Shown here: positions 1-10,223 of the stretch, in pieces
Layout: every line of letters begins with the position of its first letter
Numbering within the stretch: the first letter of the stretch is position 1
Source of the DNA: Pseudothermotoga sp.
GTDB taxonomy: Bacteria > Thermotogota > Thermotogae > Thermotogales > DSM-5069
Strand: one strand, 5' to 3'
Assembly (NCBI GenBank): GCA_031962025.1
Contig: JAVRKW010000001.1
Length of the DNA stretch: 21,688 bases
The notes under the pieces: generated by a model
Databases searched by the model: none
What the model was told of the DNA's origin: nothing
The model's input: only the letters and a program-made list of their open reading frames with translations
Program-made: the position numbers and the translations under genes

Positions 1-708
1 GCTATCCAGTGAATTAGTTTCAATACCGGCTAAATTCGTACTGAAAGAATTGCCTTTGAAAAAACCGCATATCCATGCATCCTGATTTATCAGGTCTTTT
101 ATGGGGTAGAGATAACCAAACTGATCATTTGGCCTTTCATAAACATCGATGGCTTTTTCCAGAGCACTCCTACTACCGCTCATTATCAGGTAACCTTTGT
201 AATATCTGGCAAAGATCGCTACATCGGTATCCTGAAGTATCCAGGTTTTCTCACTGTTGGAGATTCTCAGGTTGGTTATACCGGCAATGAGTTTTAAGAG
301 TTCTTCGGGTTTACTGGTCTCAAATACGAGTATGGAGCTGGTCCCGATATTTCTCAGAGCTTCTATATAATAATTCACATCCAGCGAGAAAAACGATCCA
401 ACATCGAGAACCACGCCTTTTGATGCAAAAAGTACACTTTTACTAATTGCCTCGTAAAAAACTTCTGGGGAAACCCTTGTACTGTAACCTATGTTTTCAA
501 GTAAGGATTTTGTGACATACTCAAGCCCAAGACCATTTTCACCGAGAAGAAAATTGAAAAATTGAACTGAAGAAATTTTAGGATAATACACACCGTTATC
601 CTTGAAGATCAGGAAAAAATCGTAATCTGCCGGCACAAAATCTATAAGTTCACCAAACAAACAGACAGACAATGAGACCAAAAGGACCATCATCACCAGT
701 TGGCGCAT
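1..708 (-). CDS. Exported hypothetical protein, 3'-truncated by the window edge (absent from the ORF track)
   Basis: ATG at 708-706, just after the tlyA stop at 710-712. Manual translation MRQLVMMVLLVSLSVCLFGELIDFVPADYDFFLIFKD... stays open to base 1. The N-terminus looks like a signal peptide. Confidence 0.8.
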   Translation of the reverse strand, partial: MRQLVMMVLLVSLSVCLFGELIDFVPADYDFFLIFKDNGVYYPKISSVQFFNFLLGENGLGLEYVTKSLLENIGYSTRVSPEVFYEAISKSVLFASKGVVLDVGSFFSLDVNYYIEALRNIGTSSILVFETSKPEELLKLIAGITNLRISNSEKTWILQDTDVAIFARYYKGYLIMSGSRSALEKAIDVYERPNDQFGYLYPIKDLINQDAWICGFFKGNSFSTNLAGIETNSLDS

Positions 709-709
709 A

Positions 710-1495
710 TTATTTCCCACCTCTGAAAAGCAACCAGGCTTCATCCACAGCGCTGACAATCGTTTTACTGTCCATTGGATCAGAATACCCCTTTACAAAA
801 TATGCAAGATACTCAATGTTACCATCAGATCCAGTAATGGGAGAATATGTGATGCCACATCCATAAAGTCCTTCTTTTATGCCATTTTGTAAGATCTCAG
901 TGATCACATTAACATGAATATCCCTTGACTGGGACAAAGTTGGACCAGCCTCAAACTGTGGCTTTATCAACACAACAGCTGTACCATTTTCTTTCAAAAC
1001 AGAACTCATAGGTCCCAACAGGTGCTTCACAGATATGAACGATACATCGCAAAGAACTATATCAACCAGCTCACCTATTTTATCAGCACTCAGATACCTA
1101 GCATTGAAATTCTCTATGCACAAAACCCTTGGGTCTCTTCGAAGCGAATCTGCAAGTTGATTACTTCCCACATCTATTGCGTATACCTTTTTTGCACCGT
1201 GCTCAATTGCAAATTGCGTAAAACCGCCCTTAGAAGCACCGATATCGCACACTACTTTGTCGGTGAAATCTATTGCGAATGTGTGATATGCCTTTTCCAG
1301 TTTTTCTGCAGCTCTGCTGACGTACTTTCTGGGTTTTAAGAGCTCAATGTTTGAACTGTCATCGAAGATTCTGCCTGGTTTTTCACATACTCTTCCGTTG
1401 ACAATCACTCTTCTCAATTTTATCAGATCCCGTGCCTGAGATCTACTGTTAACAAGACCCTTTTGAACCAGTAGGATATCCAGTCTTTCCTTCAC
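710..1495 (-). CDS. tlyA: TlyA-family rRNA (cytidine-2'-O)-methyltransferase
   Basis: S4 domain (KERLDILLVQKGLVNSRSQA), YVSRAAEKL, SAM motif DIGASKGGFT, DVSFIS and LIKPQFEAG. Start placed at GTG 1495, in a GTGA overlap with the upstream stop. Confidence 0.93.
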   Translation of the reverse strand: MKERLDILLVQKGLVNSRSQARDLIKLRRVIVNGRVCEKPGRIFDDSSNIELLKPRKYVSRAAEKLEKAYHTFAIDFTDKVVCDIGASKGGFTQFAIEHGAKKVYAIDVGSNQLADSLRRDPRVLCIENFNARYLSADKIGELVDIVLCDVSFISVKHLLGPMSSVLKENGTAVVLIKPQFEAGPTLSQSRDIHVNVITEILQNGIKEGLYGCGITYSPITGSDGNIEYLAYFVKGYSDPMDSKTIVSAVDEAWLLFRGGK

Positions 1496-2895
1496 CTTTC
1501 TACCACCCAACATCCCGTTGGAGTCACAACAACGACTCCCCAGTCAAAGAACTTAATTCTGGTCACATTTTCAAAAGATCTTGGTTCATCAACATAAACA
1601 ACTGCTTTTCCTTCTTTTAATATCGCAAAACCAATCTGTGATCTGATGATATGACCTTCTTGTGGTGATTTCAATGTAATTATACCTTCTTTCCATATTC
1701 CAAAATCATAGCAATCTTCAATTGATACAACCTTGCCATTTTCGTCCAATGAAAAAAGTCTGTTGTCGACACCGACGTAGATTGAATCAGTATATGAACC
1801 TATTCCCCATGCGCCCGGCAGACGTTTCTCCCAAAGGATCTTTCTATTTTTCAAATCTATCGCTCTTAGATAAGAAGAGATATCAAGGACATACAGTTTT
1901 TCTTTATTAACAGTCCAATCCACAACAGATCCACAGATTTTCATAGCCCATGAAAGGTCTAAAGGAACGATCACACCGTTTGCAAGTAATAGATATTGCT
2001 CATACCGTCCGACGACCGGCACGGTGATTGGTGATCCATCGATTTTAGCTGTGATCAATTTGTCAAGAACCATTTCATTGACTATGTCGAATGGTTCGTT
2101 GATATAAAAAGAACGCCCATTTGGAAAAGACAGCTTCCCATCTCTGTAAACTGCAAAATTATCCTTGACTTTATAAACCATATCTGCACCTTCTACAAAA
2201 AAAACAGGTTCATCTATGTTCATGTCCCTATCAACGTATACTGTCTTACCAAAAAAGTCATAAAATCCTTCCACAAGCAGCATCTTCTGACCTTTCACTG
2301 TCACAGAATAGATTCTCTCTTGGTACTTGAACTCCACTGGTTTATTCGTGGAAACTTTTTTCACGTTTATGTGCTCACTCACTTCAACCAGAAAACCCGT
2401 TGAAGGTTTTTCAAGGTTGGGAAAAAGTTCAGAAAGGATAGCTGAAAGTTGATCGTTCAACTTTGAAATTTCAACCATTCCAGTTTTGTGAAACTCCCTG
2501 TAGCATATCTCGTAATGAGCCAGATCATGAGAGGTTTTAATCACTATGCGCAACACATCTCCGATACCGATCAGTACTCCCAACTCGTTCAGTTTTCTTT
2601 CCAGAAAATCTCTGTACTGTACCGGTCCATCGTAGAAAAGCTGTACAACAGGAAGCTTCAACCACTGGGAAATAATCTCAAGATCTTCGGCACCTGGTTC
2701 GCCCAGTCCAGCATAATAGATAACGCCAGCCTGCTCAATAACGTACAACTCCTGAGCCTGCAAGTTTAACTTTCTAAGATCTGCAGCTATCAGAAATCCA
2801 CAGAGTAAAAGTACAAGCCATGTGGTGGTGCTGTAGCGGCTGCCTGAGATCGGTCTTTCAACTGTAATATTTCTCGAATCTTCTCTGGTTCCCAT
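1492..2895 (-). CDS. Hypothetical protein, possibly exported, with a beta-rich (propeller-like) C-terminal region
   Basis: 467-aa ORF filling the truA-tlyA gap. C-terminal segments such as LYVLD..LRAIDLKNRKILWEK resemble PQQ-like blades. Start is uncertain (ATG 2895, CTG 2793 or TTG 2763). Confidence 0.7.
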   Translation of the reverse strand: MGTREDSRNITVERPISGSRYSTTTWLVLLLCGFLIAADLRKLNLQAQELYVIEQAGVIYYAGLGEPGAEDLEIISQWLKLPVVQLFYDGPVQYRDFLERKLNELGVLIGIGDVLRIVIKTSHDLAHYEICYREFHKTGMVEISKLNDQLSAILSELFPNLEKPSTGFLVEVSEHINVKKVSTNKPVEFKYQERIYSVTVKGQKMLLVEGFYDFFGKTVYVDRDMNIDEPVFFVEGADMVYKVKDNFAVYRDGKLSFPNGRSFYINEPFDIVNEMVLDKLITAKIDGSPITVPVVGRYEQYLLLANGVIVPLDLSWAMKICGSVVDWTVNKEKLYVLDISSYLRAIDLKNRKILWEKRLPGAWGIGSYTDSIYVGVDNRLFSLDENGKVVSIEDCYDFGIWKEGIITLKSPQEGHIIRSQIGFAILKEGKAVVYVDEPRSFENVTRIKFFDWGVVVVTPTGCWVVER

Positions 2896-3527
2896 TCACC
2901 GGTTCCCACCTTAACGAGTGCGCCCACGATATTTCTGACCATTCGTCTCAGAAATGATCTGCCTTCTACCCGGATTAAAATCAATCTACCCTTCATTTTG
3001 ACTATCCTTATACGGTAAATGGTTCTTATAGTTCTTTGCTCAGTATCATCGCTTTTTGCGAATGATTTGAAATCGTGTTCGCCTTCAAGGAATTTAGCAG
3101 CTATTCTCATTTTCTCGATATTCAGTTCGTATGGAAACCACCAGGCATAATTTCGAATAAACAGATTTGGCTCTTTTGAGTTGTATATGAAGTAATGGTA
3201 AATTCTTCTTTTGGCGTCAAACCTTGGGTGAAAATTCTCATCAACTTCGATGACCCTGCGAACATACACATCATCTGGCAGATTTGCATTCAAAGCGTTC
3301 TTCATACTTGATGGATCGATTTCAATTGGGCAGTTGAACAGCACAGCCTGACCAACTGCATGTACACCTGTATCTGTCCTGCCGGCGGCGACTGTAACCA
3401 CTCTTTGCTTGAAAATTCTTTCAAGAGCATCTTCTATCACTTTCTGAACAGTTCTCACATCGTTCTGAATCTGAAAACCAAAAAACTGTGTTCCATCGTA
3501 TGAAACAATTGCGAGAAATTTTTTCAT
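2790..3527 (-). CDS. truA: tRNA pseudouridine(38-40) synthase
   Basis: SYDGTQFFGFQ, AAGRTDTGVHA (catalytic Asp), FLRRMVRNIVG and TAPPHGLY. SD GAGGA upstream. Confidence 0.97.
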   Translation of the reverse strand: MKKFLAIVSYDGTQFFGFQIQNDVRTVQKVIEDALERIFKQRVVTVAAGRTDTGVHAVGQAVLFNCPIEIDPSSMKNALNANLPDDVYVRRVIEVDENFHPRFDAKRRIYHYFIYNSKEPNLFIRNYAWWFPYELNIEKMRIAAKFLEGEHDFKSFAKSDDTEQRTIRTIYRIRIVKMKGRLILIRVEGRSFLRRMVRNIVGALVKVGTGEWEPEKIREILQLKDRSQAAATAPPHGLYFYSVDF

Positions 3528-3548
3528 GATTCCTCACATCCTCTAAAA

Positions 3549-3884
3549 GCAGAGAGGAGCTGTAAGCCGGATTCTGTAGAAGGTGGTCATCTATCTGGGA
3601 GGAGCGTTCACCGCTCCCCTCAAGCGGCCTACCCGGGTTCATAGGGCGGGATCACCCGAACCCTGCTTGGCCTTGCTCCGGATGGGGGTTACCGAGCCAT
3701 CGGATCACTCCGATGCTGGTGAGCTCTTACCTCACCTTTCCACCCTTGCCCATTTTATGGGCGGTTTGAAGTCTCTATGGCCCTATCCAGGGATCGCTCC
3801 CTCTGGGTGTTACCCAGCATCCCATCCCGTGGAGTCCGGACTTTCCTCAGGCAATACTGCCTGCGACCACCCGCTCCTCTCTGC
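3549..3884 (-). ncRNA. rnpB: RNase P RNA (bacterial type A)
   Basis: The minus strand carries GAGGAAAGUCCGGACUC near the 5' end and ACAGAAUCCGGCUUAC near the 3' end. An 11-bp P1 helix pairs 3874-3884 with 3549-3559. Length is about 336 nt. Confidence 0.97.
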
Positions 3885-3887
3885 AAT

Positions 3888-4796
3888 CTATTCAAATCGA
3901 TCTTTTGCTTTTATCAGTCTACCATTCATCGCCTCAAGAAATGTTATCTTTTTCCGTGAAGGAAATTGAATTTGTGAAACAACCACTGATCCATCAACGG
4001 TCGCGATGTGTCCCCCTTCGTTATCTATACGAATAACGGTTCCTGGAACCTCATTATGATCAAATTTTTCAATTCGTTTCACTCCAAATATTTTGACAAA
4101 TTGATTGCCAAAGATTGCTCTTGCACCGGGTTGCGAGTCGTAAGCTCTGATCTTATTCTTAACCTGCTCGGCGCTTTTGTTAAAGTCTATGATCAGATCC
4201 TGAGCGGTTATTTTTGAAGCATAAGTTGCCTGTGATTCGTCTTGATTTTTTAGCACAAAAGATTCAGGATCTTTGAGAAAATCTATCAGAATCTTTTTGC
4301 CGAGCTGAATCAATTTTTTTTCAACCGAGTCGAAATTCTCATATTCGTCCACTTTGATTTCAAGTTGCACCGCGATAGGTCCGGCATCCAGTTCTTTTGT
4401 GAGTTTGAACAAAGTAACGCCGGTTATTTTCTCTCCATTTTCAAGTGCACGGTGAATAGGAGCTGCTCCTCTGTATTTTGGTAACAGCGATGGATGAATG
4501 TTGTAAAATCCCATGGGTAAAAGTTGCAGATATTTTTCTTTAATCAATGCTCCGTATGCCACCACAATTCCAATATCAGCTTTGAGAGTATCAAATGGTA
4601 CATCCTTGATCTTCTCGAAAACGGGTATTTTTGCTTTCAAAGCGACTTCTTTTACAGGAGAAGATAGAACCTTTTGACCTCTGCCGCTCGGTCTATCCGG
4701 TTGAGTAACAACTCCAACGATATCGTGACCTGACTCTAAAAGCGCTTCCAGATGTTTTGAAGCGTACTCTGGGGTACCAAAAAAGATGATCTTCAT
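3888..4796 (-). CDS. fmt: Methionyl-tRNA formyltransferase
   Basis: MKIIFFGTPEY, VVTQPDRPSGRG, NIHPSLLPKYRGAAPI and LDAGPI. Adjacent to def. Confidence 0.97.
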   Translation of the reverse strand: MKIIFFGTPEYASKHLEALLESGHDIVGVVTQPDRPSGRGQKVLSSPVKEVALKAKIPVFEKIKDVPFDTLKADIGIVVAYGALIKEKYLQLLPMGFYNIHPSLLPKYRGAAPIHRALENGEKITGVTLFKLTKELDAGPIAVQLEIKVDEYENFDSVEKKLIQLGKKILIDFLKDPESFVLKNQDESQATYASKITAQDLIIDFNKSAEQVKNKIRAYDSQPGARAIFGNQFVKIFGVKRIEKFDHNEVPGTVIRIDNEGGHIATVDGSVVVSQIQFPSRKKITFLEAMNGRLIKAKDRFE

Positions 4797-5305
4797 GGTT
4801 TGTTCGCAGAGTATGTCTTTCCAGATTGTTTTATTATACTGGAAAGTTTTTGCCTGATTGCAAACCTTCTCGATGCGGGAATGAGATCTATAAAAAGTAT
4901 ACCATCCAGATGGTCATATTCGTGCTGAGCTACTCTTGCACTGTAACCTGACAGCTTTTCCTCGATTTCATTGCCGTTTAGATCTGTGTATCTTATGATT
5001 ATTTCATTACTTCTTTCGACATTCTCAAATACTTCAGGTACGCTAAGACATCCTTCCTCGGCGATATTGGTCTCTGGGCTCTTAAAAATTATAGTGGGAT
5101 TTATCAGTGCTCTTGGAGTACCATCATCCATGACAAAAATTCTCAGAGAAACTCCAATCTGGGGAGCAGCGAGTCCTATGCCATCAGTTGCATACATCGT
5201 GTCGAAAAGCTCACTGACCAGAGCTTTGATATTTTCATCTATGCTCTCAACCTCTCTGGCTTTTTTCCTCAAAACAGGATCACCGAGAAGCCTTATTTTT
5301 TTCAT
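4793..5305 (-). CDS. def: Peptide deformylase
   Basis: GIGLAAPQIG, EGCLS and QHEYDHLDG motifs. ATG 5305 is preceded by AAGGAGG. Confidence 0.97.
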   Translation of the reverse strand: MKKIRLLGDPVLRKKAREVESIDENIKALVSELFDTMYATDGIGLAAPQIGVSLRIFVMDDGTPRALINPTIIFKSPETNIAEEGCLSVPEVFENVERSNEIIIRYTDLNGNEIEEKLSGYSARVAQHEYDHLDGILFIDLIPASRRFAIRQKLSSIIKQSGKTYSANKP

Positions 5306-6044
5306 TTTCAACCTCCTTCAACTTCATCAGAACTCTTTCGTTATTCATGAAAACGGTTATTGGTGTGACAGAGACATAGCCATCTTTGAGTGCATTGTAA
5401 TCACTATCACTACACAGATCATCCTCAATTATGTCTCCGTACATCCAGTAGTAAGTATTACCCAAAGGATCTGTCCTTGCCTCGAATCTATCGGCGTACC
5501 TTCTGGTGCTCTGTTTGGTTGCCTTCCAACCTTTTATAGTACCACTTGGAAAATTGATGTTTAAAGCTGTGAATTGTTCGAGAATTCGAAAATCGAAATC
5601 CTGGATGAACGCTTTTATAAAAAGAGCCGCCTGCTGATAATCAAAGTCCTTTTCGATTGGAGCTGAAACTGCAATAGCCGGTATACCAAGCAATGCGCCT
5701 TCAAGAGCGCCAGAAACAGTACCAGAGTAAATGACATCTGTGCCGAGATTGTGACCAAGATTTATGCCACTTATTACCAGATCAACATCTTTTTTTGCAA
5801 GTACTTCGACCCCTATTTTGACACAGTCTGCAGGAGTTCCGGTTGTGGCATAAACCGGAAAATCTCCTACCATTTCGACTTTCTTGACCCAGATCGGCAT
5901 TCTGACAGTAATGGCATGACCGGTTGCACTCTGTTCTGACTCGGGTGCGACAACCAGTACATTGTGTTCTTTGGATAACACTTTTGCAAGTGTTAGTAAC
6001 CCTTTAGAAGTCACACCATCGTCGTTTGTTATAAGTATTCTCAC
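5280..6044 (-). CDS. surE: 5'/3'-nucleotidase SurE
   Basis: RILITNDDG, GTPADCV and SGINLGHNLGTDVIYSGTV. GTG start at 6044 with GGGGTGA SD. Confidence 0.96.
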   Translation of the reverse strand: MRILITNDDGVTSKGLLTLAKVLSKEHNVLVVAPESEQSATGHAITVRMPIWVKKVEMVGDFPVYATTGTPADCVKIGVEVLAKKDVDLVISGINLGHNLGTDVIYSGTVSGALEGALLGIPAIAVSAPIEKDFDYQQAALFIKAFIQDFDFRILEQFTALNINFPSGTIKGWKATKQSTRRYADRFEARTDPLGNTYYWMYGDIIEDDLCSDSDYNALKDGYVSVTPITVFMNNERVLMKLKEVENEKNKASR

Positions 6045-6064
6045 ACATTCACCCCGTTTGATAA

Positions 6065-6075
6065 ATTTTATCACA
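6065..6075 (-). promoter_or_regulatory. Extended -10 promoter (TGTG-A-TAAAAT) for the surE unit
   Basis: Minus strand reads TGTGATAAAAT about 20 nt upstream of the surE start. The -35 region is weak (TTTCAA). Confidence 0.55.
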
Positions 6076-6121
6076 GTCATCAGAAAATTGAAAAAAGATT
6101 AGAACAAAGATTCTTTCAGTT

Positions 6122-6132
6122 TGTGTTACAAT
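6122..6132 (+). promoter_or_regulatory. Extended -10 promoter (TGTG-T-TACAAT) for the mnmG unit
   Basis: TGTGTTACAAT lies about 50 nt upstream of mnmG, back-to-back with the surE promoter. No clear -35. Confidence 0.55.
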
Positions 6133-6179
6133 CAACGAAGAAAAAAGAACGATTTGTTTTGTAAAAGAGGTGGTTCTTC

Positions 6180-8054
6180 CTGATCTGTGAGGATTTTGAT
6201 GTTGTGATAATAGGCGGTGGTCATGCGGGAACGGAAGCCGCACTGGCTACTGCGCGGCTTGGCTTCAAAACCGCTCTTTTAACCTCAAATCTCGATAGAA
6301 TAGCATGGACTCCATGTAATCCAGCCATAGGAGGACCGGCAAAAGGGATTGTTGTAAGAGAGATCGATGCACTTGGCGGTGAAATGGCTAAGGTAACCGA
6401 CGCAACTATGATAAATGTGAGGATGCTCAACACCAGTAAAGGTGCCTCTGTGAGGGCTTTGCGCGCTCAGATTGACAAACTAGCATACAGCCAGACTATG
6501 AAAAAACATTTAGAAGATACTGAAAATCTCTATATAAAACATTCTCAGGTGTGTGATCTTGTTGTTGAAAATGGTAAAGTCAAGGCTGTGATTGATACCC
6601 TTGGAACACGTTATAACGCTAAAGCAGTTATAATTACCACCGGTACCTTTCTCAACGGGAAGATATTCATAGGGCGGAATGTATTCGAAGCTGGCAGGCT
6701 CGGGGATTTTCCATCTAAGGGACTTTCAGAGGCGCTGGCGAGGTATGGAATCAAGCTCAGCAGATTTAAAACTGGAACACCCGCCAGAATCCTTGGAAGG
6801 TCCATAGACTTCACAAAGATGAAAAGGCAAGATACATCCGACGAACCGCTGTGCTTTTCCTACTTCGACGAACCGACTGTGCTGTCAAAGGATTACCCGT
6901 GCTGGTTGACATATACAAACGAAAAAACACATCAGGTAATAAGAGAAAATCTTTCTTTTTCACCTTTGTATGGAGATATAAAGTTGATCGTCGGAAGAGG
7001 ACCTCGTTATTGCCCGTCGATAGAAGATAAAGTTGTGAAGTTTCCAGATAGGAACTCACATCAGATTTTCGTTGAGCCCGAAGGTAGAACGACAGGAGAG
7101 TATTATTTGAACGGTTTGAGCACCAGTTTGCCGTACGAAGTACAGCTTGAGGTGATCAGATCCGTTGTTGGTCTTGAGAATGCACAGGTTACAAGACCGG
7201 CATACGCAATTGAATACGACTACATAGACCCGACACAATTATTTCACACTCTTGAGAGTAAAGTCGTTGAAGGACTGTTCTTTGCCGGACAGATAAACGG
7301 TACGAGTGGATATGAGGAAGCAGCAGGTCAGGGCTTGCTGGCAGGTATAAATGCTGCTCTAAAACTCAGAAACGAGAATCTCATCGTTCTTGATCGCTCT
7401 GAAGCGTACATTGGAGTTATGATAGATGACCTTGTGACCAGGGGTGTGGATGAACCTTACAGGTTACTGACCTCTCGAGCCGAATACAGATTGTTACTTC
7501 GACATGATAATGCGCATCTCAGACTTTCCAAAAAAGGTTATCAAGTGGGACTCATTCCCAAGTGGTTTTACGAAAAAGTTTTAGCACTTGAGAAAAGAAT
7601 AAAAATTGAGATGGAAAGATTGAGAGCTCTGAACTTGAAGCCGACAGGTCAGGTCAATGAGCTACTTGTCAGCCTGGGGACTCAACCACTTCACCAGCCC
7701 ACAAAATTCATCCAGCTTCTCAAAAGACCGCAGGTCAGCTATCATCAGATAAAAGTCCTCGATCCCAACCCAATCGATGACCCCCAGGTTATTGAGCAGG
7801 TTGAGCTAAACGCAAAATACGAAGATTATGTTGAAAGAATGTTTGATGAGATAAAGGTATTTCATAATCTTGAAGCAATCAGCATACCTGAGAATATTGA
7901 CTACAGAAAGATTGTCAATCTTTCCAGTGAAGCAGCCGAGAAATTATCCAGACTCAAACCGTCGAACATCCTTGAGGTTTCACGCATACCGGGAATAACC
8001 CCTGCGGATATAGGCGCTCTGGTTGCTTACCTCAAATCACCCCGGGCAGAATGA
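6180..8054 (+). CDS. mnmG: tRNA uridine-5-carboxymethylaminomethyl(34) synthesis enzyme MnmG (GidA)
   Basis: [37 protein letters not shown] and [17 protein letters not shown]. Start placed at CTG 6180; the ORF-track GTG 6204 cuts the Rossmann strand. Confidence 0.96.
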   Translation: MICEDFDVVIIGGGHAGTEAALATARLGFKTALLTSNLDRIAWTPCNPAIGGPAKGIVVREIDALGGEMAKVTDATMINVRMLNTSKGASVRALRAQIDKLAYSQTMKKHLEDTENLYIKHSQVCDLVVENGKVKAVIDTLGTRYNAKAVIITTGTFLNGKIFIGRNVFEAGRLGDFPSKGLSEALARYGIKLSRFKTGTPARILGRSIDFTKMKRQDTSDEPLCFSYFDEPTVLSKDYPCWLTYTNEKTHQVIRENLSFSPLYGDIKLIVGRGPRYCPSIEDKVVKFPDRNSHQIFVEPEGRTTGEYYLNGLSTSLPYEVQLEVIRSVVGLENAQVTRPAYAIEYDYIDPTQLFHTLESKVVEGLFFAGQINGTSGYEEAAGQGLLAGINAALKLRNENLIVLDRSEAYIGVMIDDLVTRGVDEPYRLLTSRAEYRLLLRHDNAHLRLSKKGYQVGLIPKWFYEKVLALEKRIKIEMERLRALNLKPTGQVNELLVSLGTQPLHQPTKFIQLLKRPQVSYHQIKVLDPNPIDDPQVIEQVELNAKYEDYVERMFDEIKVFHNLEAISIPENIDYRKIVNLSSEAAEKLSRLKPSNILEVSRIPGITPADIGALVAYLKSPRAE

Positions 8055-8078
8055 TAAAATATTTTAACAAGAGGCGAA

Positions 8079-10223
8079 ATGAAAATGGTAGACTCAGTCG
8101 AGGTTGCCAAGCAAATACTGTCCTTGACAGGTAGGTCTTGCGAGGAAGATGTAAAATTGCTCGCAAAAGCGTATGACGTGGCACGGTATGCCCACGACAA
8201 TTTCTATCGTGATTCCGGTGACCCGTTCATTGTTCATCCAGTGGAAGTGTGTAAAATTCTCGCTCAGATGAACGTCGACATTCAAACACTTGTTGCAGCG
8301 ATGTTGCATGACGCGGTAGAAGACAGTCAGGGAAAAGTTAAGATCGAAGATATCGAAAAGGAATTTGGAAGTCAAATAGCACGCATAGTCGATGGAGTAA
8401 CAAAAGTCAGCAAATTGAATGCTCCTGTAGGTACAAGCGATTCAAAACTCAAGTTGGAGACAATTCAAAAAATGCTGTTTGCCATGGCAGAGGATATCAG
8501 AGTCATTTTTGTGAAATTGGCAGACAGATTGCATAACATGAGAACGATAGAATTTGTAAAAGACGAACAAAAGAAGATTTATAAAGCTCGAGAAACTCTG
8601 GAAATATACGCTCCAATCGCACACAAAATGGGAATCTATTCAATAAAATGGGAATTAGAAGACCTGGCTTTCAAAGTGCTGAACAGGAACGAGTACAACA
8701 GAATAAAGGCCCTTGTTGCGGAGAAAAAGAAAGAACGAGAACAGAGAATAAAAGAGTATGTCGAAATCCTTCGCAGAGCTCTACATGAAAACGACATAGA
8801 AGCCCAGGTTGAAGGACGTTTCAAGCACTACTACGGTATATGGCAAAAATTGAAAGAAAAAGGGAAAAACTTCAACGAAATCTATGATCTGTTTGGGATC
8901 AGGGCTATCGTAAACGATATTCCAACCTGTTACAACGTTCTTGGCATTGTTCACAGTATCTGGAAGCCTTTGCCCGGTAGAATAAAAGACTACATCGCTG
9001 CTCCTAAGTCAAATGGTTACAGATCTTTGCATACAACAGTTGTCACAGGCTATGGCGAACCTCTCGAGATTCAAATCAGAGACAAAGAAATGCACACTGA
9101 AGCGGAATATGGATTGATCGCTCACTGGATCTACAAAGATGGGATCAACGTCAAGACGATGCAAAAATGGGTTAATCAACTTCTGGAATGGCGAAAGGAA
9201 CTCACAAAAGATTTATCTGGTTTAGAAGAGTTCAAGAAAGAGCTTCAAATGGATGAGGTTTTTGTTTTCACACCAAAAGGGGAGGTAAAACACCTTCCAC
9301 TCGGTGCCACACCAATAGACTTTGCATATGCCATCCACACGGATATTGGTCATAAATTCACAGGTGCCAAAGTGAACGGTAAACTTGTGCCCATAAGCTA
9401 TCAACTGAGAAATGGTGATCTGGTGGAAATAATCGTCGGAAAGGTTGGAAAGCCCAGTCTTGACTGGTTGAAATACGCCAAATCACCGCGTACGAAGGCA
9501 AAAATCAGGAAGTATTTCCGTGAAAAACTGCAAAGTGAGCTCATAGACAGAGGAACAGATGTTCTCAGACGCATAAGCAAACAGCTCTCAAAGTCCATAG
9601 AAGAGATCATGGAATCAGATGTGATAAAAAGATACCTTCAAAACCAAGGAATATCAGAAGAAGAATTCTACAGCCGCATTGCAGAAGGTACAATTACGTA
9701 TGGAGAGCTGATCAACTTACTCAATCCATTGGCTGAGAAAAGTGCAACAAAGCCGTATGAGAAAAAGCAAAAACCGATCAGTCCATCATCTGCTGTGGAA
9801 GTATCGGGTTTGAAGAACATAGAAATACACATGGCGAAATGTTGTGGACCAGTTCCGGGAGATGAGATAATAGGAATAATAGGCAGGCGAGGCTTGACAA
9901 TTCACACCGCCACATGTTCAAATGTGAGACATGTTGAAGCTGATAGGATATTTGAAGCCAGATGGAATGGTGATCCACAGGGTAAGTATGAAACGACACT
10001 GAGAGTTACCATCAGAGAAAAAGCGGATATAGGCCAGCTTGTGCAGTTGCTTGAAAACAGGGGTATAACCGTGTTAAAAGTGCTTTTCACAAGTACCAAA
10101 CAGACTTATTCCATAGTGTTGCTGAGCTTGATTGTCAGCAATTTGAAACAACTTGAAGAGGCAAAGAAGTCTCTTGAAGCTGCCAGGAACATCATATCTG
10201 TCGAGAGGGGGAAACCAAACTGA
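8079..10223 (+). CDS. rel: Bifunctional (p)ppGpp synthetase/hydrolase (long RSH)
   Basis: Intact HD hydrolase ([18 protein letters not shown]), synthetase [22 protein letters not shown] ([14 protein letters not shown]), ZFD ([10 protein letters not shown]) and C-terminal ACT-like domain. Confidence 0.96.
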   Translation: MKMVDSVEVAKQILSLTGRSCEEDVKLLAKAYDVARYAHDNFYRDSGDPFIVHPVEVCKILAQMNVDIQTLVAAMLHDAVEDSQGKVKIEDIEKEFGSQIARIVDGVTKVSKLNAPVGTSDSKLKLETIQKMLFAMAEDIRVIFVKLADRLHNMRTIEFVKDEQKKIYKARETLEIYAPIAHKMGIYSIKWELEDLAFKVLNRNEYNRIKALVAEKKKEREQRIKEYVEILRRALHENDIEAQVEGRFKHYYGIWQKLKEKGKNFNEIYDLFGIRAIVNDIPTCYNVLGIVHSIWKPLPGRIKDYIAAPKSNGYRSLHTTVVTGYGEPLEIQIRDKEMHTEAEYGLIAHWIYKDGINVKTMQKWVNQLLEWRKELTKDLSGLEEFKKELQMDEVFVFTPKGEVKHLPLGATPIDFAYAIHTDIGHKFTGAKVNGKLVPISYQLRNGDLVEIIVGKVGKPSLDWLKYAKSPRTKAKIRKYFREKLQSELIDRGTDVLRRISKQLSKSIEEIMESDVIKRYLQNQGISEEEFYSRIAEGTITYGELINLLNPLAEKSATKPYEKKQKPISPSSAVEVSGLKNIEIHMAKCCGPVPGDEIIGIIGRRGLTIHTATCSNVRHVEADRIFEARWNGDPQGKYETTLRVTIREKADIGQLVQLLENRGITVLKVLFTSTKQTYSIVLLSLIVSNLKQLEEAKKSLEAARNIISVERGKPN

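Noticed and set aside
710..1495. TlyA as a haemolysin/virulence factor
   Set aside because: Motifs and context support the rRNA methyltransferase role only.
3583..3969. Plus-strand 128-aa and 60-aa ORFs, and the minus-strand 73-aa ORF at 3421-3642
   Set aside because: Shadows of the GC-rich RNase P RNA gene.
4971..5564. 197-aa plus-strand ORF and the many other 60-140 aa antisense or alternative-frame ORFs
   Set aside because: They overlap well-supported conserved genes and show no recognisable motifs.
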